A DNA stretch of 64,000 nt, from the NCBI GenBank assembly GCA_030324005.1, contig JARDVH010000099.1, positions 1,349,401-1,413,400 of the forward strand. The letters are read 5' to 3'. The notes below the pieces were generated by a model. It was not told where the DNA came from, ran no database searches, and worked only from the letters and a program-made list of their open reading frames with translations. Shown one piece after another: positions 39,229-52,740 of this stretch. Position numbers and translations under genes: made by a program. Each line of letters begins with the position of its first letter. Positions within the stretch are counted from its first letter, which is position 1. Origin of the DNA: Negaprion brevirostris. Lineage: Eukaryota.

Positions 39229-39589
39229 AAGTTCTTCAGAGTCAGGAATGACTGGATTGACCAGAACTTTCACTCTTACCCTGTTAATCTGGCTGTAAAA
39301 ACCCTTGAAAAAATTACAGCTTTTTCAATGATATACAAATATGATTTTAATGGTGTACTCATTTCAGAATTCCTGCTAAAGATCCTTATTGGCCATGAAA
39401 ATTTTATTTATGTGAAATGTCAAATCTCTCCATTACAATAAAAGATGTATTTCATTTTATTTTTTGTTTATAACATATTTTAGCTTCTATCGTAAACCAA
39501 TCATAAACATTGATTTTGCTATCTGAAAATGTGAATAAAAAGTGAAGGAATTTAACTTTCTGCTTTGCTGTAAGAATGCTACAGTTGCT

Positions 39590-42185
39590 CACTATCTTCA
39601 GGGTAGATAATCCATCTCAACCTCCTCCTGGGGACCCCAGCTTCAGATGCCAGCCTTCAGCCAATAAGATTCATACCACATATTAAGAAATAGCTGAAGG
39701 CACTCGATATTGCAAAGGCTATGGGTCTTGACATTTGTGGTCAAGCCACACCTTTAACCAAGCTGTTCCAGTACAGCTACAACACTGGCATCTACCGGGA
39801 AATGTGGAAAATTGCCCAGGTTTGTCTGTCCACAGAATACAAGATAAATCCAACAGGTCAATCATTGCCACAATTTACTCTTGATTATCAGCAGTGATGG
39901 AAGGTGTCATTGACAGTGCTACGGTGGTCAAACGGGCCACCTAAAATGGCCATTTACAGAGCACGCTGGGATAACTGGTCAAGCACTGAAACAACAGGCG
40001 GCAGCTTAAAAGACAGAGATAAACAGGCTGCAGCCTAGACGACTGAACACCCAGGAAAAAGGCCATTCCAAAGACAACAGACATTCTCTGGCCAAACATA
40101 CTTGTTTACCAGACAAAATGGAGCCTTAATCACTTATTTGGGAGGGAGATGTGCAACCTATGTGCCTCCAGCACCTACAGACATGGCCGTTGGGGACACA
40201 TCCAGAGATCAATGAGGCAGCACTTGATTGGACTCTATCAATCAGGATGATCAAGCCCTGATTGATTGATTGACAAGAATCAGGAGACCGCCCAAAAAGG
40301 ACAAAACCAAGAAGAGACAAAAGGTGCTGCACAACAGAAGAAGCTCTTTCTCTGACCTCACAAACTAGGTGACCATCGCCAGTAATGACAAGCATGAGGA
40401 AAGCCANNNNNNNNNNNNNNNNNNNNNNNNNNNNNNNNNNNNNNNNNNNNNNNNNNNNNNNNNNNNNNNNNNNNNNNNNNNNNNNNNNNNNNNNNNNNNN
40501 NNNNNNGATTGGTCTGAGTAGTGGGGGGAGGGTGGATAAGGGGAACAGTGATGTCTTTGGGGGTCATTGCTCCCACTTTTCACTATTGGGCTGCAGCGAT
40601 CTGACACAGGCATGATTTGTCAAATTTTTTCCTAACTACGCATGCGCAGTTCAGAGCTCTGATCATTTCGGGCACACTAAACGTAATAATGGTGTTTAGA
40701 ACATGTGGTTGTTTGTACTTGTAGAGTGTTGCTGTCTGTAGCCTCTGGAAGGTAAATATGTTGTTGGGATGTATCATTACTGTACATGCCAATGCCTGGG
40801 CCTTGCTTGACTGATCCATCATATTTCACATTCAGGATCAAAGGGGGGACTATGGCCAAATGGGCCACTTAAAATGGCGATTTACAGAGCACACTGGGAT
40901 AATTGGGCAAGAACTGAAACAGCAGGTGGCAGTCTAAAAGACAGAGATAAACAGCTGCAGCTCAGATGACTGAACACACAGGAAATAGGCCATCCCAAAG
41001 ACAATAAACACTCTCTGGTGAAACAGATTTATTTACCAAAGCAGAGCCTTAACCCCTTATTTGGGAAGGAGATGTATGTCCTATGTGCCTCCAGCACCTA
41101 CGGGCATGGCCGTTGGGTACACACCTAAAGATCGGTGTGGCAACTCCCGATTGGACTCTTATCGATCAGGGTGATCAAGCCCTGATCAAGGAGGAATAAA
41201 AGGTGTTGCACAACAGAAGAAGCTCCCTCTCTCTCTCTCTGATCCCATGAACGAGCTACAACAATGGCAACCATTGCCAGCAATGACAAAGTCACCGTAC
41301 CTGAGAAGGAAGGAAGACCAGAGTCAGAGTGTCAGACCAGACCAAAGGACCAGACTATGCAGAAGACCACACAGGCCAGCACACAGTTAAAGGCCAATAT
41401 CTGCCTGGGTACTTGCCACTCACGCAAAGTTAAGGTCTAGTATTGGACTTGAACTTTAGTATTTCTGTAAGGTAACTTATTGTTGGTTGGGTGGGTGATT
41501 ATTGATTGAGTGTTTAAGTAAATATTGTTGTACTAACAAGAAGTCTACTCGCAATTCTTTGTCCACTGTATGAGGGTTAAAACAGATTGTGCAACAGGCA
41601 CAAAAATTTGCTACCAAATGGCATTTACTCTGCAATCACTTACACACTGACCTCAGTTTGGTTCCACCAGGGCCTCAGAGCTCCTTACCTCTTCACAGCC
41701 TTGTTNNNNNNNNNNNNNNNNNNNNNNNNNNNNNNNNNNNNNNNNNNNNNNNNNNNNNNNNNNNNNNNNNNNNNNNNNNNNNNNNNNNNNNNNNNNNNNN
41801 NNNNNNNNNNNNNNNNNNNNNNNNNNNNNNNNNNNNNNNNNNNNNNNNNNNNNNNNNNNNNNNNNNNNNNNNNNNNNNNNNNNNNNNNNNNNNNNNNNNN
41901 NNNNNNNNNNNNNNNNNNNNNNNNNNNNNNNNNNNNNNNNNNNNNNNNNNNNNNNNNNNNNNNNNNNNNNNNNNNNNNNNNNNNNNNNNNNNNNNNNGGA
42001 ACTATATTGCTGATCCTTCTCCATCGCTGGTCACAATCTTGGAATGCCCTCCGAAAAGCACTCTAGGTCTATCTATACCACATTGACAGCAGTGGTTCAA
42101 GAAGGCAGTTCACTGCCACCTTCTCAAGGACCAATAGGGATGGACAGTTAATGCCTGCCTAGCCAGTGACACCCACATCCCATGA
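39590..42185 (+). mobile_element. CR1-like LINE (same family as 19505) interrupted by an LTR-like insert
   Basis: RT sequence stops at gtgcta (39921) and resumes at 41609. The tail ends at about 42185. Confidence 0.75.
39922..41608 (+). mobile_element. LTR-like element with two diverged ~450-bp direct repeats
   Basis: 39925-40390 aligns to 40852-41290. TGCTA flanks both ends. Confidence 0.6.
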
Positions 42186-42187
42186 AA

Positions 42188-42420
42188 TAATCCCTCTAAC
42201 CTACACATCCCTGGACACTTAGGGGCAATTTCTTGCATGGCCAATCAACCTAACCCATACATCTTTGGACTGTGGGAGGAAACCGGAGTACCCGGACGAA
42301 ACCCACGCAGACACGAGGAAAATGTGCAAACTTCACACAGACAGACCCGAGCCGGGAACGGAACCCAGGACCCTGGAGCTGTGAAGCAGCAGCGCTAACC
42401 CACTGTGCTACCGTGCCGCC
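42188..42420 (-). mobile_element. HE1-type SINE, tail truncated
   Basis: Intact head GGCGGCACGGTAGCACAGTGG. Confidence 0.9.
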
Positions 42421-42756
42421 CACTGACTGACACCACTGCTGCTGATACCTGGTGACTTGGTGCCAGATTCAGCTGATAGCGGGAGAGAGGAAATCCACAC
42501 CAGGCAGAGATCTTCGTGAGCAGCTTTTACGAGGTCAGCAGTGAGTGTTGCTACTTGGCCACTGACTGTGAAATGCAGCTTGCCGTGTGCATGTGTACTT
42601 CACAATGTAAAGCTGAACATGCCAGTTAGTTGAGGATCAGAGATCTGTCTTTTAATCAAACACATTTACAAACTGAGGAATTTAAAATATTTACACTTTT
42701 TTTTAAGCAAAGAATACAAAGGACAAAACAAATATACTAAGAGGCGGAGAGCTTAC

Positions 42757-43366
42757 CTAGTTTCAAACAAAGTACTCCAACAGGCCCTTTTTCAAATCTC
42801 AGAAACATGAGATCGTGCACATTGAGGTTGTCTTTACTTGGAGGAATTCCCCGGGGAACTGTCCACTGCATCTGAGCCAACCTGCTTGTTATAGCAAAAT
42901 GTTGGTTGAGTTGAAGCTTGGTCACAGGTTTTACGTCCTCCGCTAACGACTGCATCTTCATCGGCAATAACGCCATGTCGTAACACTGAATTTCACCTTG
43001 ACAGCTGCTCACCATAATTAACGCACCATCAGGATGCCAGGCTATCATAGAAGGCATCAGACCAGCTTGTGCTAGTAAAGTTACTTTGCGATGGGCATCG
43101 TATAAAATCAGTGAAGAATCCTCACAACCTAACACAAGTTTGTCTTCTATAATATTTCTGCTGCAGCAAGTGGCTTTGGACCGCAATGGGATGCTAAGGA
43201 CTGCCACACGTTGCAATTTATTCCGAGCACACTCATAGATGCAGCTATCTGCCACTGGCTCTTTGTCTGGGGCAATAAAGCATTCCACTGTATGGACCTG
43301 ATAAGGCTGATTAATACTGAAACCAGCATCAAGTGGATCACCTTCTGTGCGAATGAAGCTTAAAAT
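42757..43366 (-). CDS. WDPCP: WDPCP coding exon (~exon 10, 610 nt), beta-propeller region
   Basis: Inside ORF 42737..43393. cttttcAG|ILSFIRTEGDPLD...EDKLVLGCEDSSLILY...FLRFEKGPVGVLCLKL(G)|GTaagc. Confidence 0.97.
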
Positions 43367-43572
43367 CTGAAAAGGAAAAGAAACAGTGTACAAATTAAAT
43401 AAAGTGAATAGTTAGTATAACACTGAACAGCTGCTATATCGTTCCTACTTATACATTCAGAATCAGAAGACAACTCACAGGAAAATACTGTATAGCACTT
43501 GTGTTGATAAAATATTTAAAAGTGCTCAGATACCAACAGCTTTGGGTTTTCCTGATACCATCAGGAAAGTCG

Positions 43573-45100
43573 AGGGACAGAATTTCTAACCAGTCACTGA
43601 TCCCGCTGGTACCCAGCCATATTTTCGAGAAGGCTGCAATGTAATAGGAAGATCTTCAGTGAAAATCCTGCTCCTGACTGGGTTTCCACTGCAGGAGGGA
43701 AAGATTTGCAGCAGCAGAAGCAGTGGTTCACAGGTTGAAACAGCTGCATGATCAGATGTGGGAGCCATGCTCGAGAATTGAAAAGTAATCACAAAAACGT
43801 CACTGGAGAGCAGGAGTGGGAGGATGAGGAATGCTCGAGTTGAGATCTGCAAAGTCTAAAGATTCTCAGAAGCTCTGATGGAGATAATGCTGACAGAGGT
43901 AATGGCAAGAAGAAAATGGTTCTGTCATTTGCGGGGTTGTCTGGAAGGTGGTAGCACTAACATTGCCACTAATTCTACAAGCCATAGGAGAGCTATTCCA
44001 TGTCAGAAACATTGAATGCTGCTGAAAGCATGACTCAACTTCACACCATCCAAAGTTTAAGATTTATTTATTAGTCACAAGGAAGGCTTACATTATCACT
44101 GCAATAAAGTTACTGTGAAATTCCCCAACGCGTCACACTCCAGCACCTATTCGAGTCAATGTACCTAACCAGCACATCTTTCAGAATGTGGGAGGAAACT
44201 GGAGCATCTGGAGGAAACCCAGGCAGACATGGGGAAAACGTGTAGACTCCACACAGATAGTGACCCAGGGTGGGAATGGAACCCAGGTCCCTGGCGCTAT
44301 GAAGCAGCAATACTTCTGTGCCGTCTAGGGCCAGTTGACGTAAAAGAAAAAAATGAATGGCACACAAGATCCCTCCACCCAGCCCTCTCATTATGTACAT
44401 TTCCCCGACACCATTCCACCATCACATTTTCTACGATTGAAGTGCAAGTGAAGAGACAACTGAATTGTCTACAGCTGATGGTACGCCTACCCTGGAATAT
44501 CTGCAGACATCTTGGTGAAAGATGTTATAAAATATTTTAGGGCATGCTAAATCTTTGTGTTCTTTCAAAGGAAAGGCATGCATACGTCCTACAATTGGTG
44601 GAGGAATAGTTGCTTCAGATCTCACAACATGCATGAAGAAAAATTCCTGCAGCTTCTGAGCAAACTTGGAGACATGTAGAGGTTGGAGGAGAGTTGTGAG
44701 ACTCAGGCTGGCCATGAAATGGGCTATATACAGAACTGTGAGCTTTTCTTCGCTGCAGGAAATCTCATGATTTGAAAGGCCTTGTTGTTATTACTTAGTC
44801 ACATCTTATGTTTAAGTTAGAAAGTTTTGTGCTAAAATGAATGCTTGTTTTGTCCCTCAAGCGTTGAATGCTATAAAAATGAAGCATCAGAGAAGCAACC
44901 TGGCCTTGACAGGAAGCCTTCCTCCACAGATTCATTAACTTCTGACATGGCACACCATACTTATTTAGGCACCAGCCAAAACTGGGACGAGGCAGCCACT
45001 GAAACAGATGGCATATCACTGGGTCAATCATGCTACAAATGTGAGCAATATCCACTGTCTGTGCAGTTTGGGAATGAAATCTCTTCCTGTTGAAGAAGTG
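43573..45100. mobile_element. Decayed two-ORF Harbinger transposon (Myb/SANT on plus, transposase on minus)
   Basis: Plus 43860: RFSEALMEIMLTEVMARR. Minus 44845-45055: IAHICS..P..CH...GWCLNKYGVP..KLM, comparable to HVCARFPGSCHD...GWLLGDKGYP..WLMT. Confidence 0.55.
44053..44323 (-). mobile_element. SINE with tail B
   Basis: Same structure as 32573-32846. Confidence 0.88.
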
Positions 45101-46694
45101 AACAGGGTGATTATACCCTGCCCTTTAGGAAGCCAACTATGGCTGAAATTAAAGTTTTATTCTCTCCTTCTCTCTCGATTTGCTTGATCCATGCAGATCT
45201 GACTGCATTCAGAAGCAACCCAAACAGAACAGTCATGACATATTTAATGTAATGATTTTGAACCTACTAGTCCACCTCTGAAAACAAAAGCAGGAACACA
45301 TCAGGGAGCCAACTTGCTGCATATCTCTCCAAATTTCCTCACACCCATAGTATAAGCACCTGGCACATACATGGTTAATGTGGGACTGAATGTGGTGCCT
45401 AATGGCGTGACCAGCATTTATTGTCCATCCCTGGTTGCCCTTGAGATGGTAGGGATGAGCTTCTTGAACTGCAGTCCAAGATGCAGAAACAGCCACAATG
45501 CAGATGAAGTTGAGGATTTAAACCTAGTGACAGTAAAGGAACAGTGATATATTTCCAAATCAAGATGGTGAGTGACTTGGAGGGGCAGGGGACCGGCCAT
45601 CAGGAGCCTGGCGACTGAGGGGGGGGGGGAAGGATGGTATACATGCGCACTAAGAGGCCAAACATCCAAATCCAAATATTCATTCACATCACACAACCTA
45701 CTCCCATTCAAAACAGCATCATTTTTTAAAAAAAATCCTAAAACATACTTCCAACTTCTGCTGGACACAAGGGAAGACAGTCACTGATATAAGTTCCCAG
45801 GCTCTCCCAATGACTATGTGGCCAATGGGGAATTTGATGTCTAGATCAGCGCTGGCAACAGACCATTGAATAATCTAGTTAATATAGTTGTGCTCTCCTG
45901 GGCTATTCCCCTTTAGCAGACTGGATGGAGCCAGTGGCAAGTAAGTGCTGTGGTGACTTTGAGAGTCCCTGGCAAAGTAAGGCATCCTGAGAAGNNNNNN
46001 NNNNNNNNNNNNNNNNNNNNNNNNNNNNNNNNNNNNNNNNNNNNNNNNNNNNNNNNNNNNNNNNNNNNNNNNNNNNNNNNNNNNNNNNNNNNNNCCTGAG
46101 AAGAGCATGCAGCTGGCCCTGGTTCAGGAAGTCATTGTCGTCAGCTGACCCTCAACTCAAGAATGGTGTCTTCTCAAAATTAGAAACATAGAAAATCGAA
46201 GCAGGAGTGGACCATTCGGCTCTTCAAGCCTACTCTGCCATTCATCATGCTTCATCGTGGCTAATCATCAAATTTAATATCCTGATCCCAACTATGCAAG
46301 TTACTGCCATGGGCCTTCATGGAACTGAACAAATCAATTTTCAACTCCAGAAGGCCATATATGTCTGTAACACTTTGCAAGAGAAACACACATTAGATGA
46401 CCCTTCAGTTACATCCAGAAAAGCACTGTTATAGCCAGGGTGCTGGGGAAAGCCTACTAAGCACCACCCCTCACCCTCTCACCCACCAACCTTTACCAGA
46501 TGCAGCAGGTGCTCGATTCTGAGGCTACTGCATCTAGCAAGACAATTGTTCTCTCTCCAAATTGAATTGGCACCCATGTTAAGTGGGTAACATTCACTGA
46601 GGGGACAGCAAGGCAAAATATGCCAGAAAGAAGTAATCTGAGAGCTAGAAATCCTCCAAGGAATCCAAACAAAGACCAAAGACCAATCTCACTA

Positions 46695-47023
46695 GGGCGG
46701 CACGGTAGCACAGTGGTTAGCACTGATGCTTCACAGCTCCAGGGACCTGGGTTTGATTACTGGCTTGGGTCACNNNNNNNNNNNNNNNNNNNNNNNNNNN
46801 NNNNNNNNNNNNNNNNNNNNNNNNNNNNNNNNNNNNNNNNNNNNNNTGCAGGTTAGGTTGACTGACCATGCTAAAATTGCCTCTTAGTGTCCTGAGATGT
46901 GTAGGGTAGAGGGATTAGCGGGTAAATGTGTAGGGATATGGGGGTAGCACCTGGGTGGGTTGTGGTCGGTGTGGACTCGATGGGCCAGATGGCCTCTTTC
47001 TGCATTATACGGTTTCTATGATT
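46695..47023 (+). mobile_element. HE1-type SINE (tail A), gapped; the only plus-strand copy
   Basis: gggcggcacggtagcacagtggttagcact...ggcctctttctgcattatacggtttctatg. Confidence 0.88.
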
Positions 47024-49882
47024 CTTGGCGTTACTGACAGGGTGAGAATTGGACAATGATATCAGGGCTTTATTGCACCATGATACACATTTTTTCCTGT
47101 ATTCATAGATCTTCACCTGTCTCCAGCCATTGCATCAAGCAGCTAAAAACAGTCCAACTAAAGCAGCAGCTGGTGGGAACATTACTCAAACTGAGTGGAA
47201 AGTGCTCTGTAGTATTTGTGTCAGGCAAGCAGGATTAGAAATGTTCCCATATATTCAGTAATGCATGTGGTGCAGTGATTTAAACTTTGAATGGAACTAG
47301 TGTTTCTGCTGTAGTATTGCAGTCCAATATTCATAGAAAGCTATAAGATAACTAGGACAATGTGGGTGGGAAAAGGTAGCAAGACGTGTGAGGAAGAGGA
47401 AGAAACAGAGAGGAAAGTGAAAGATGGTTAGGAAGGGGGTAAGGGAGAGGAAAAGAAAAACAAACAGGGCAGGGAGGGGAGGGGAACTGGGAAATAATAT
47501 GAAGTATGAATTTGTGATTCATTATCAGTACCCAAGATTCTAATGCATGCTACATTTATTGTACTGGTCACTATATATCGACAGTTACAAAAGGCCTTCA
47601 AAAAGACTCAAATCCAATTTGAAATTATAACCTTTTCAAAGAAAAAAATAATGATGGGTTTTTCCTGGAAATCAGCAAAGGCTGATGGAGGGTAGGAAAA
47701 GTGGTGTTGAGGCCAATGGCTTTTCTCCCAGGGCTTATAAAAAAAATTTCAAGAATCAGTTCCCAAGACGTATCGCTATTGAGACTATTTTTGATCTGTC
47801 TGCCCTGCCAGCGCTACCCAGGCACTCTGAGGCTCTGTCCAGACAGTACCAAGAAAGGGGAGGGGCGGGGGGAATGTTCCTGAATTCCCACTGGGCTTGA
47901 TNNNNNNNNNNNNNNGGGAATGTTCCTGAATTCCCACTGGGCTTGATCCTCTCCCCCTGAGGGCCGCTCTCACCCATGTTCCTGTTGGAAGTCTGCTCAC
48001 TCGGTGTCTGCCTTTGAAGACTGGGGACGGGGGGGCGGTGATGATGATTTTGGCATACGGGCCTGATAATTACATGGTGATGAAATAGATTCTCTCACAG
48101 AGACTGATGTGATGTGATGGTAATGAATTCAAATGTGGTTCCAGATATTCACCGTTAGGAAATGTGCCCCCGTCACTGTTGGGGCGAGGGGGACAATCAC
48201 GTCATGCATTTATGCTACTTTAAAACACAGCTTGGTATTTCTTGCAATGTTTTCCTCCCCCATCACCAAACATGCCCAACATGAACGGGAGCATAAAATT
48301 CAAGCAAGTATGTGTCTCGTGTGGCCACTCACTATTATGTTGCTGCATCCTTTTAGATGCTCCCTTCATCCTCTGTGAACAGTCCCTAAAACTAAAACTT
48401 TTACTGAAAGTATTAAAATTAGGTTAACACAAGGTTCCTGTGGGGCAACACTTATTTTTTACAAATCAGGCAGTACCAGATGCTGCTGTGCACAGATACA
48501 GACCTGAAAATCAACACCAATATTAAACACAGATATTGGCCCCCTCAGATCTTTTGACCGCTTTACTAATTAACTTTCTATTAAAAAAATTAGCTATTAA
48601 CAATCCCCAAGCACAACTTAATCTTCAGCAGTTGAGAAACAGCAGAATCTGAAATGATTATCCAGTCATTGTAATTTCAGCTTTTTAAAGCCAGTTTTTG
48701 TCCTGGAACTGTTTATCAAGGAGTGACTTAAAATGTAAAAATAGCTACATAAAAGTCCCTAGTAAACAGGTATTGATTAATCCATTTACCTTTAAGCTCC
48801 AATTTACTGATAGTATAATTCCATCCCTCTTTCTCTTAAAAAAGGGAATGGGAAAGGAATCAATGACCATTATTGAGCAGATAAGAATGAAAACAACTGG
48901 GCTAAAACAAAGTGCACATAGCAAAGCAACTGCTGGTTGAAAGTGTGATGAAAGTGTGCACCTTCAATAAAGGCCAGAGCAAAACTATTTAAAAGTTATT
49001 TAGTCTAAATTAGGAGTAGAGCAATGGGTTGTCACAGTTTCAGAATCATATTCGTTCAAAGAAGGCATTATGTGATTAAGTGTCTTCCTGCAATGGAGCA
49101 ATTCCCATTAATGTTTTTCTAAAAAAACTTACAATCAAGTAAAGCACCTCAAAGAGCATAATTTATGAAACAGTAAATGTATATCAATTTTACACATCCT
49201 TTGCATAGGCAGTGCAAGGCGGCCCATGAAAATCACATAGCAGGACAAATAATAGGTTCAAACGATACATTCTGAGTAGAAAATTGGCTTAACTTGCAGA
49301 TTGAAAATGCAACAAAGAAAACATGCAAGTCAGATTGCTATGATTGAAGTCTTTGGCTTGCTGAAGAAAAATTGAGAATTGATTTATTTCAGGGGGTGTT
49401 GAACAAAGTGGTTGGTTTGATTTCACACTGTGGCACACACAATCATCACTTTAATTAGACATGAACAGAAAATCTATTTCATATAGGTAAACAAAACCTT
49501 GTCATAAAATTTTAACATCACATCTGGGCTATGAACAAAACTTCATCTCCCACTGGTTCCGAGCATAATACGAAACAGAATTAAATAATTGTAAAGCCAT
49601 GAGTTGGGAATGGAAGCAGACTGTGCCTGGTTCAGTTCCCAATGATACCCATATCAATTGGGTAAATAACCCCTAGCTAGTTGCAGGATCCCAAAAGGGC
49701 TTGTCGTTTGGGCAATGCAGCAGCCAGAAACAGAATGTGTATCTGACCGTCAATTACAGATCTTCTGTCAGGCAGCCAGAGTAGGGGATAAAATATTTCC
49801 AAAATATGATCCATAACAAATAGTATTATAGACTTTAGATAAAAAAAACTGTAATATAAATTTGTTCATTTCTCTATAAAGC

Positions 49883-50134
49883 ATAGAATTCCTGCAGTGG
49901 AGAAGGCTGCCACTGAGTCTGCATTGACTATTTGACAGGCTCTCTTCCTTGCTCTATCCCTGTGACCCAATATATTTGCCACGGCCAATCCAGCTAACCC
50001 ACACACCTTTGTACTGTGGGAGGAAACCAGGAGCAGCCCATGTAGACACAGTGGGAATGTGCAAATGCCACACAGGCACCCAAGGCCAGAATTGAACCCA
50101 GGTCTCTGGCTAACCACTGTGCCTCCATGCTGCC
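49883..50134 (-). mobile_element. Degenerate HE1-type SINE adjacent to the exon 9 donor
   Basis: Internally deleted copy with tail A. Confidence 0.8.
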
Positions 50135-50160
50135 AAATTGTAGTTTATAAATTATTTTAC

Positions 50161-50352
50161 CTCAAGTCTGCTATTTGTGTAGCTTAACACCACCAGATTA
50201 GCCCGGTCACTTTCGCTGGATATTGGAGACCAAGGCCAGGCATCTCCATTAGCTATTTTCCACCAGCATATCACCAGGTCCAGCATATAGTTAATGGCCA
50301 AATGGCGTTCTACTCTCCGTCCTGTAGGTCCTGGTAAATCAATGTAAGAAAT
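50161..50352 (-). CDS. WDPCP: WDPCP coding exon (~exon 9, 192 nt)
   Basis: ctttgtAG|...GAG|GTaaaa. Translates ISYIDLPGPTGRRVERHLAINYMLDLVICWWKIANGDAWPWSPISSESDRANLVVLSYTNSRLE. Not in the ORF track; read manually. Confidence 0.95.
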
Positions 50353-52169
50353 CTACAAAGAAACAGAATCAGAATGTTAAAATTGCCTGCACTGATACTG
50401 AAACACTGCATTATAATATTATTATTCTCACTGTTTTAATTTGATCACCTCTTACTTAAAATTATCTACCCCAGAAAAAGGTGACTTTTGATGTATAAAA
50501 CTAACCTGAAAACTGCATTGTTAAGGTGACTATACCGAGTTGGCAAAAATTTTGGTGTTGCAGTATAGTAACAGAATTAGTAGTACATTTACAATTATAA
50601 ATTTCAGTTTTTCTCCAGTCCTCCTGCAAAAAGGTTGCTGGCACAACACTATTAAAATAGAAACACTGTATCATCTACATGTCATTTGAGAAATTGTGCT
50701 GTAACCTACCTAAGGAATTAATAGAGTTTGATAGCAAGAAAAAAAAAATACCATTTTGCTATTTCTGGTCAGCAATAATCAAACCATTTTCTGAGGATTA
50801 GCCATACAGCTAAGCCCACTGGACCAGGCACTCATGAAGGGCAGGGGTTCCCCTTATCAGGGAAATGCTTCTGGAGCCAGTTTCACTATGGGATAGATTG
50901 CTTTTATATTCCTGTCTGGGAAGCAACAAAGGATCCCAGTAATGCGATAATGCCAGAGTGCACACGGTGTTAAGAACCCGTTCCATTTATGTATTGTAGT
51001 TAGCAAATAATCACGCTCATCCAAATTGTGATCTCACCACTTGTCTCAGGCCATTATAACAGGGTTAACGCTGAAAATCCTTTGCTGCATTTATGCAGTT
51101 AAACAGAGGTCTTCTCTATTTGCAGTCATAATATTATTGCTCTCAGGCACCCTGAATGAACATCAAAAAGGTGCTACAAATCGTAGTAAAACTTTTGATG
51201 CTGACCACCTCCCCAGAATTTTCAAAGCTTTCAACTCATCATACTGTGTTAGTTATCTAAACCATTCCACTGTTCATTTCTTACACAGATTTTATCCCAA
51301 TTGCTTGAATTTTCTCAACACAATAAATGTTCAATGAGCTTTTCACCTATCAGACAGAGGGGGGATTAACATGATTGCATCTTCACACATTACCAATTAG
51401 TCAAGTCCAATAATACATTGACGTTCTCTTGTTAAAAAAATGCAGATTTAATTATTATAACGTTTCAATGCATATAAACTATAGCTATCAAGACAATTTT
51501 GACAGAGTAGTCTTGTAAAGCTTTTAACAATCTTACTAAAATGCTCTTTTAATATTTATTCAAATTCCTAAAGAGCTGGAGTACAAAACTGGATTTTAAT
51601 ACATACTATGAACAAATAAGTAATTTCTGTACTTTTTATTATTCATTCATAGGATGTTTATTACCCATCCCACATTGCCCTTGCTAAGCTGCCTTCTTCA
51701 GCAGTTCCAGAAGGCAGTTCACCACAACCTGCTCAGGGCAATTAGTGATTAATAAATGTGGGGCCTTGCTGGAAATGCTTACATCCCAGGAAGGATTAAA
51801 AAAATCTCCCTCCACCCTTGGACAGCCACAGATTTGTCACATAGTTTATCCAACCTCTAACTTTTGGGAAGGCCAAAGCTGTTTTCTTCAGTCCTTGCCA
51901 CAAACTTGGCCTTTTGGCTATGAGCAAGCGTTGGATCAAGCCCAAGATGGGGTGCCTTATCATGTCAGCTTGGTTCTTGTCTGTCTTTCTCTCTTGTGGG
52001 GACCTTGAATTAGATTCAATTGGAATGGGAATTTGAATTTGGTTTGTGAAGCAAGGAATGGATTTGGATTTGCCTGGTCCATTCTGAGCAATGGCTTTGT
52101 AACTTTAAGAATGGGGTAAAAAAAATTGTTCCCTGATCACCAACTCTATTCTCCTTCCTTGGCACTGCC

Positions 52170-52740
52170 AATCACCAAGATCACAAAATCTCAACTAAGC
52201 AACATGGATCAACTCAGCCTTCGTCTCAGCTCACTTGCTGCTGAAACCTCTCATTCTTGTTACTTGATTTTTCCCATGCTTTCCTGGCTGGCCTCTCACC
52301 TTATGCCCTCTCTAAAGAAACTCATCCAAAACTCTGCAACCTGCATACTAATGCATCAAGTCCCATTCATCCTTCATGCCTGAGCTCGCTGATCTATGTT
52401 GGATCTCTTGATGGCCTCACCTATCTCTATCTCAGTGAACTCCTCCAAACTTACAGGGTCTCTGTGCTCTTTCAATTCCAGCCTTTTGTGCATCCCAATT
52501 TTCACTGCCCCACCACTGATGGCTGTGCCTTCAACTGCTTGAGCTTCGAGCTCTAGAATTCCTTCTACAAATCTCTACAACTCATTCTCTTCCTTTACAA
52601 TGTTCCTTAAAACCTAACTCTTTGACCAAGATTTTGTTCATGTTTTCTACTAATTCCCCATGTGGCTTGATGTCAATGTTGGTAACAGTCTTGTGAAGTG
52701 CCATGGAACATTAATAGTCCTAATTAAATTCAAGTTGCTA
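52170..52740 (+). mobile_element. L2-type LINE 3' fragment
   Basis: LIQNSATCIL...TTDGCAFNCL and the L2 tail. Confidence 0.75.

Noticed and set aside
47870-47947. 32-bp direct repeat gggaatgttcctgaattcccactgggcttgat
   Set aside because: The identical copies flank an N gap, so this is most likely a contig-overlap artefact.
47685-48070. GC-richer patches (also 54310-54720) as CpG island or promoter
   Set aside because: They are short and CpG-poor, and more consistent with non-autonomous DNA transposon remnants.
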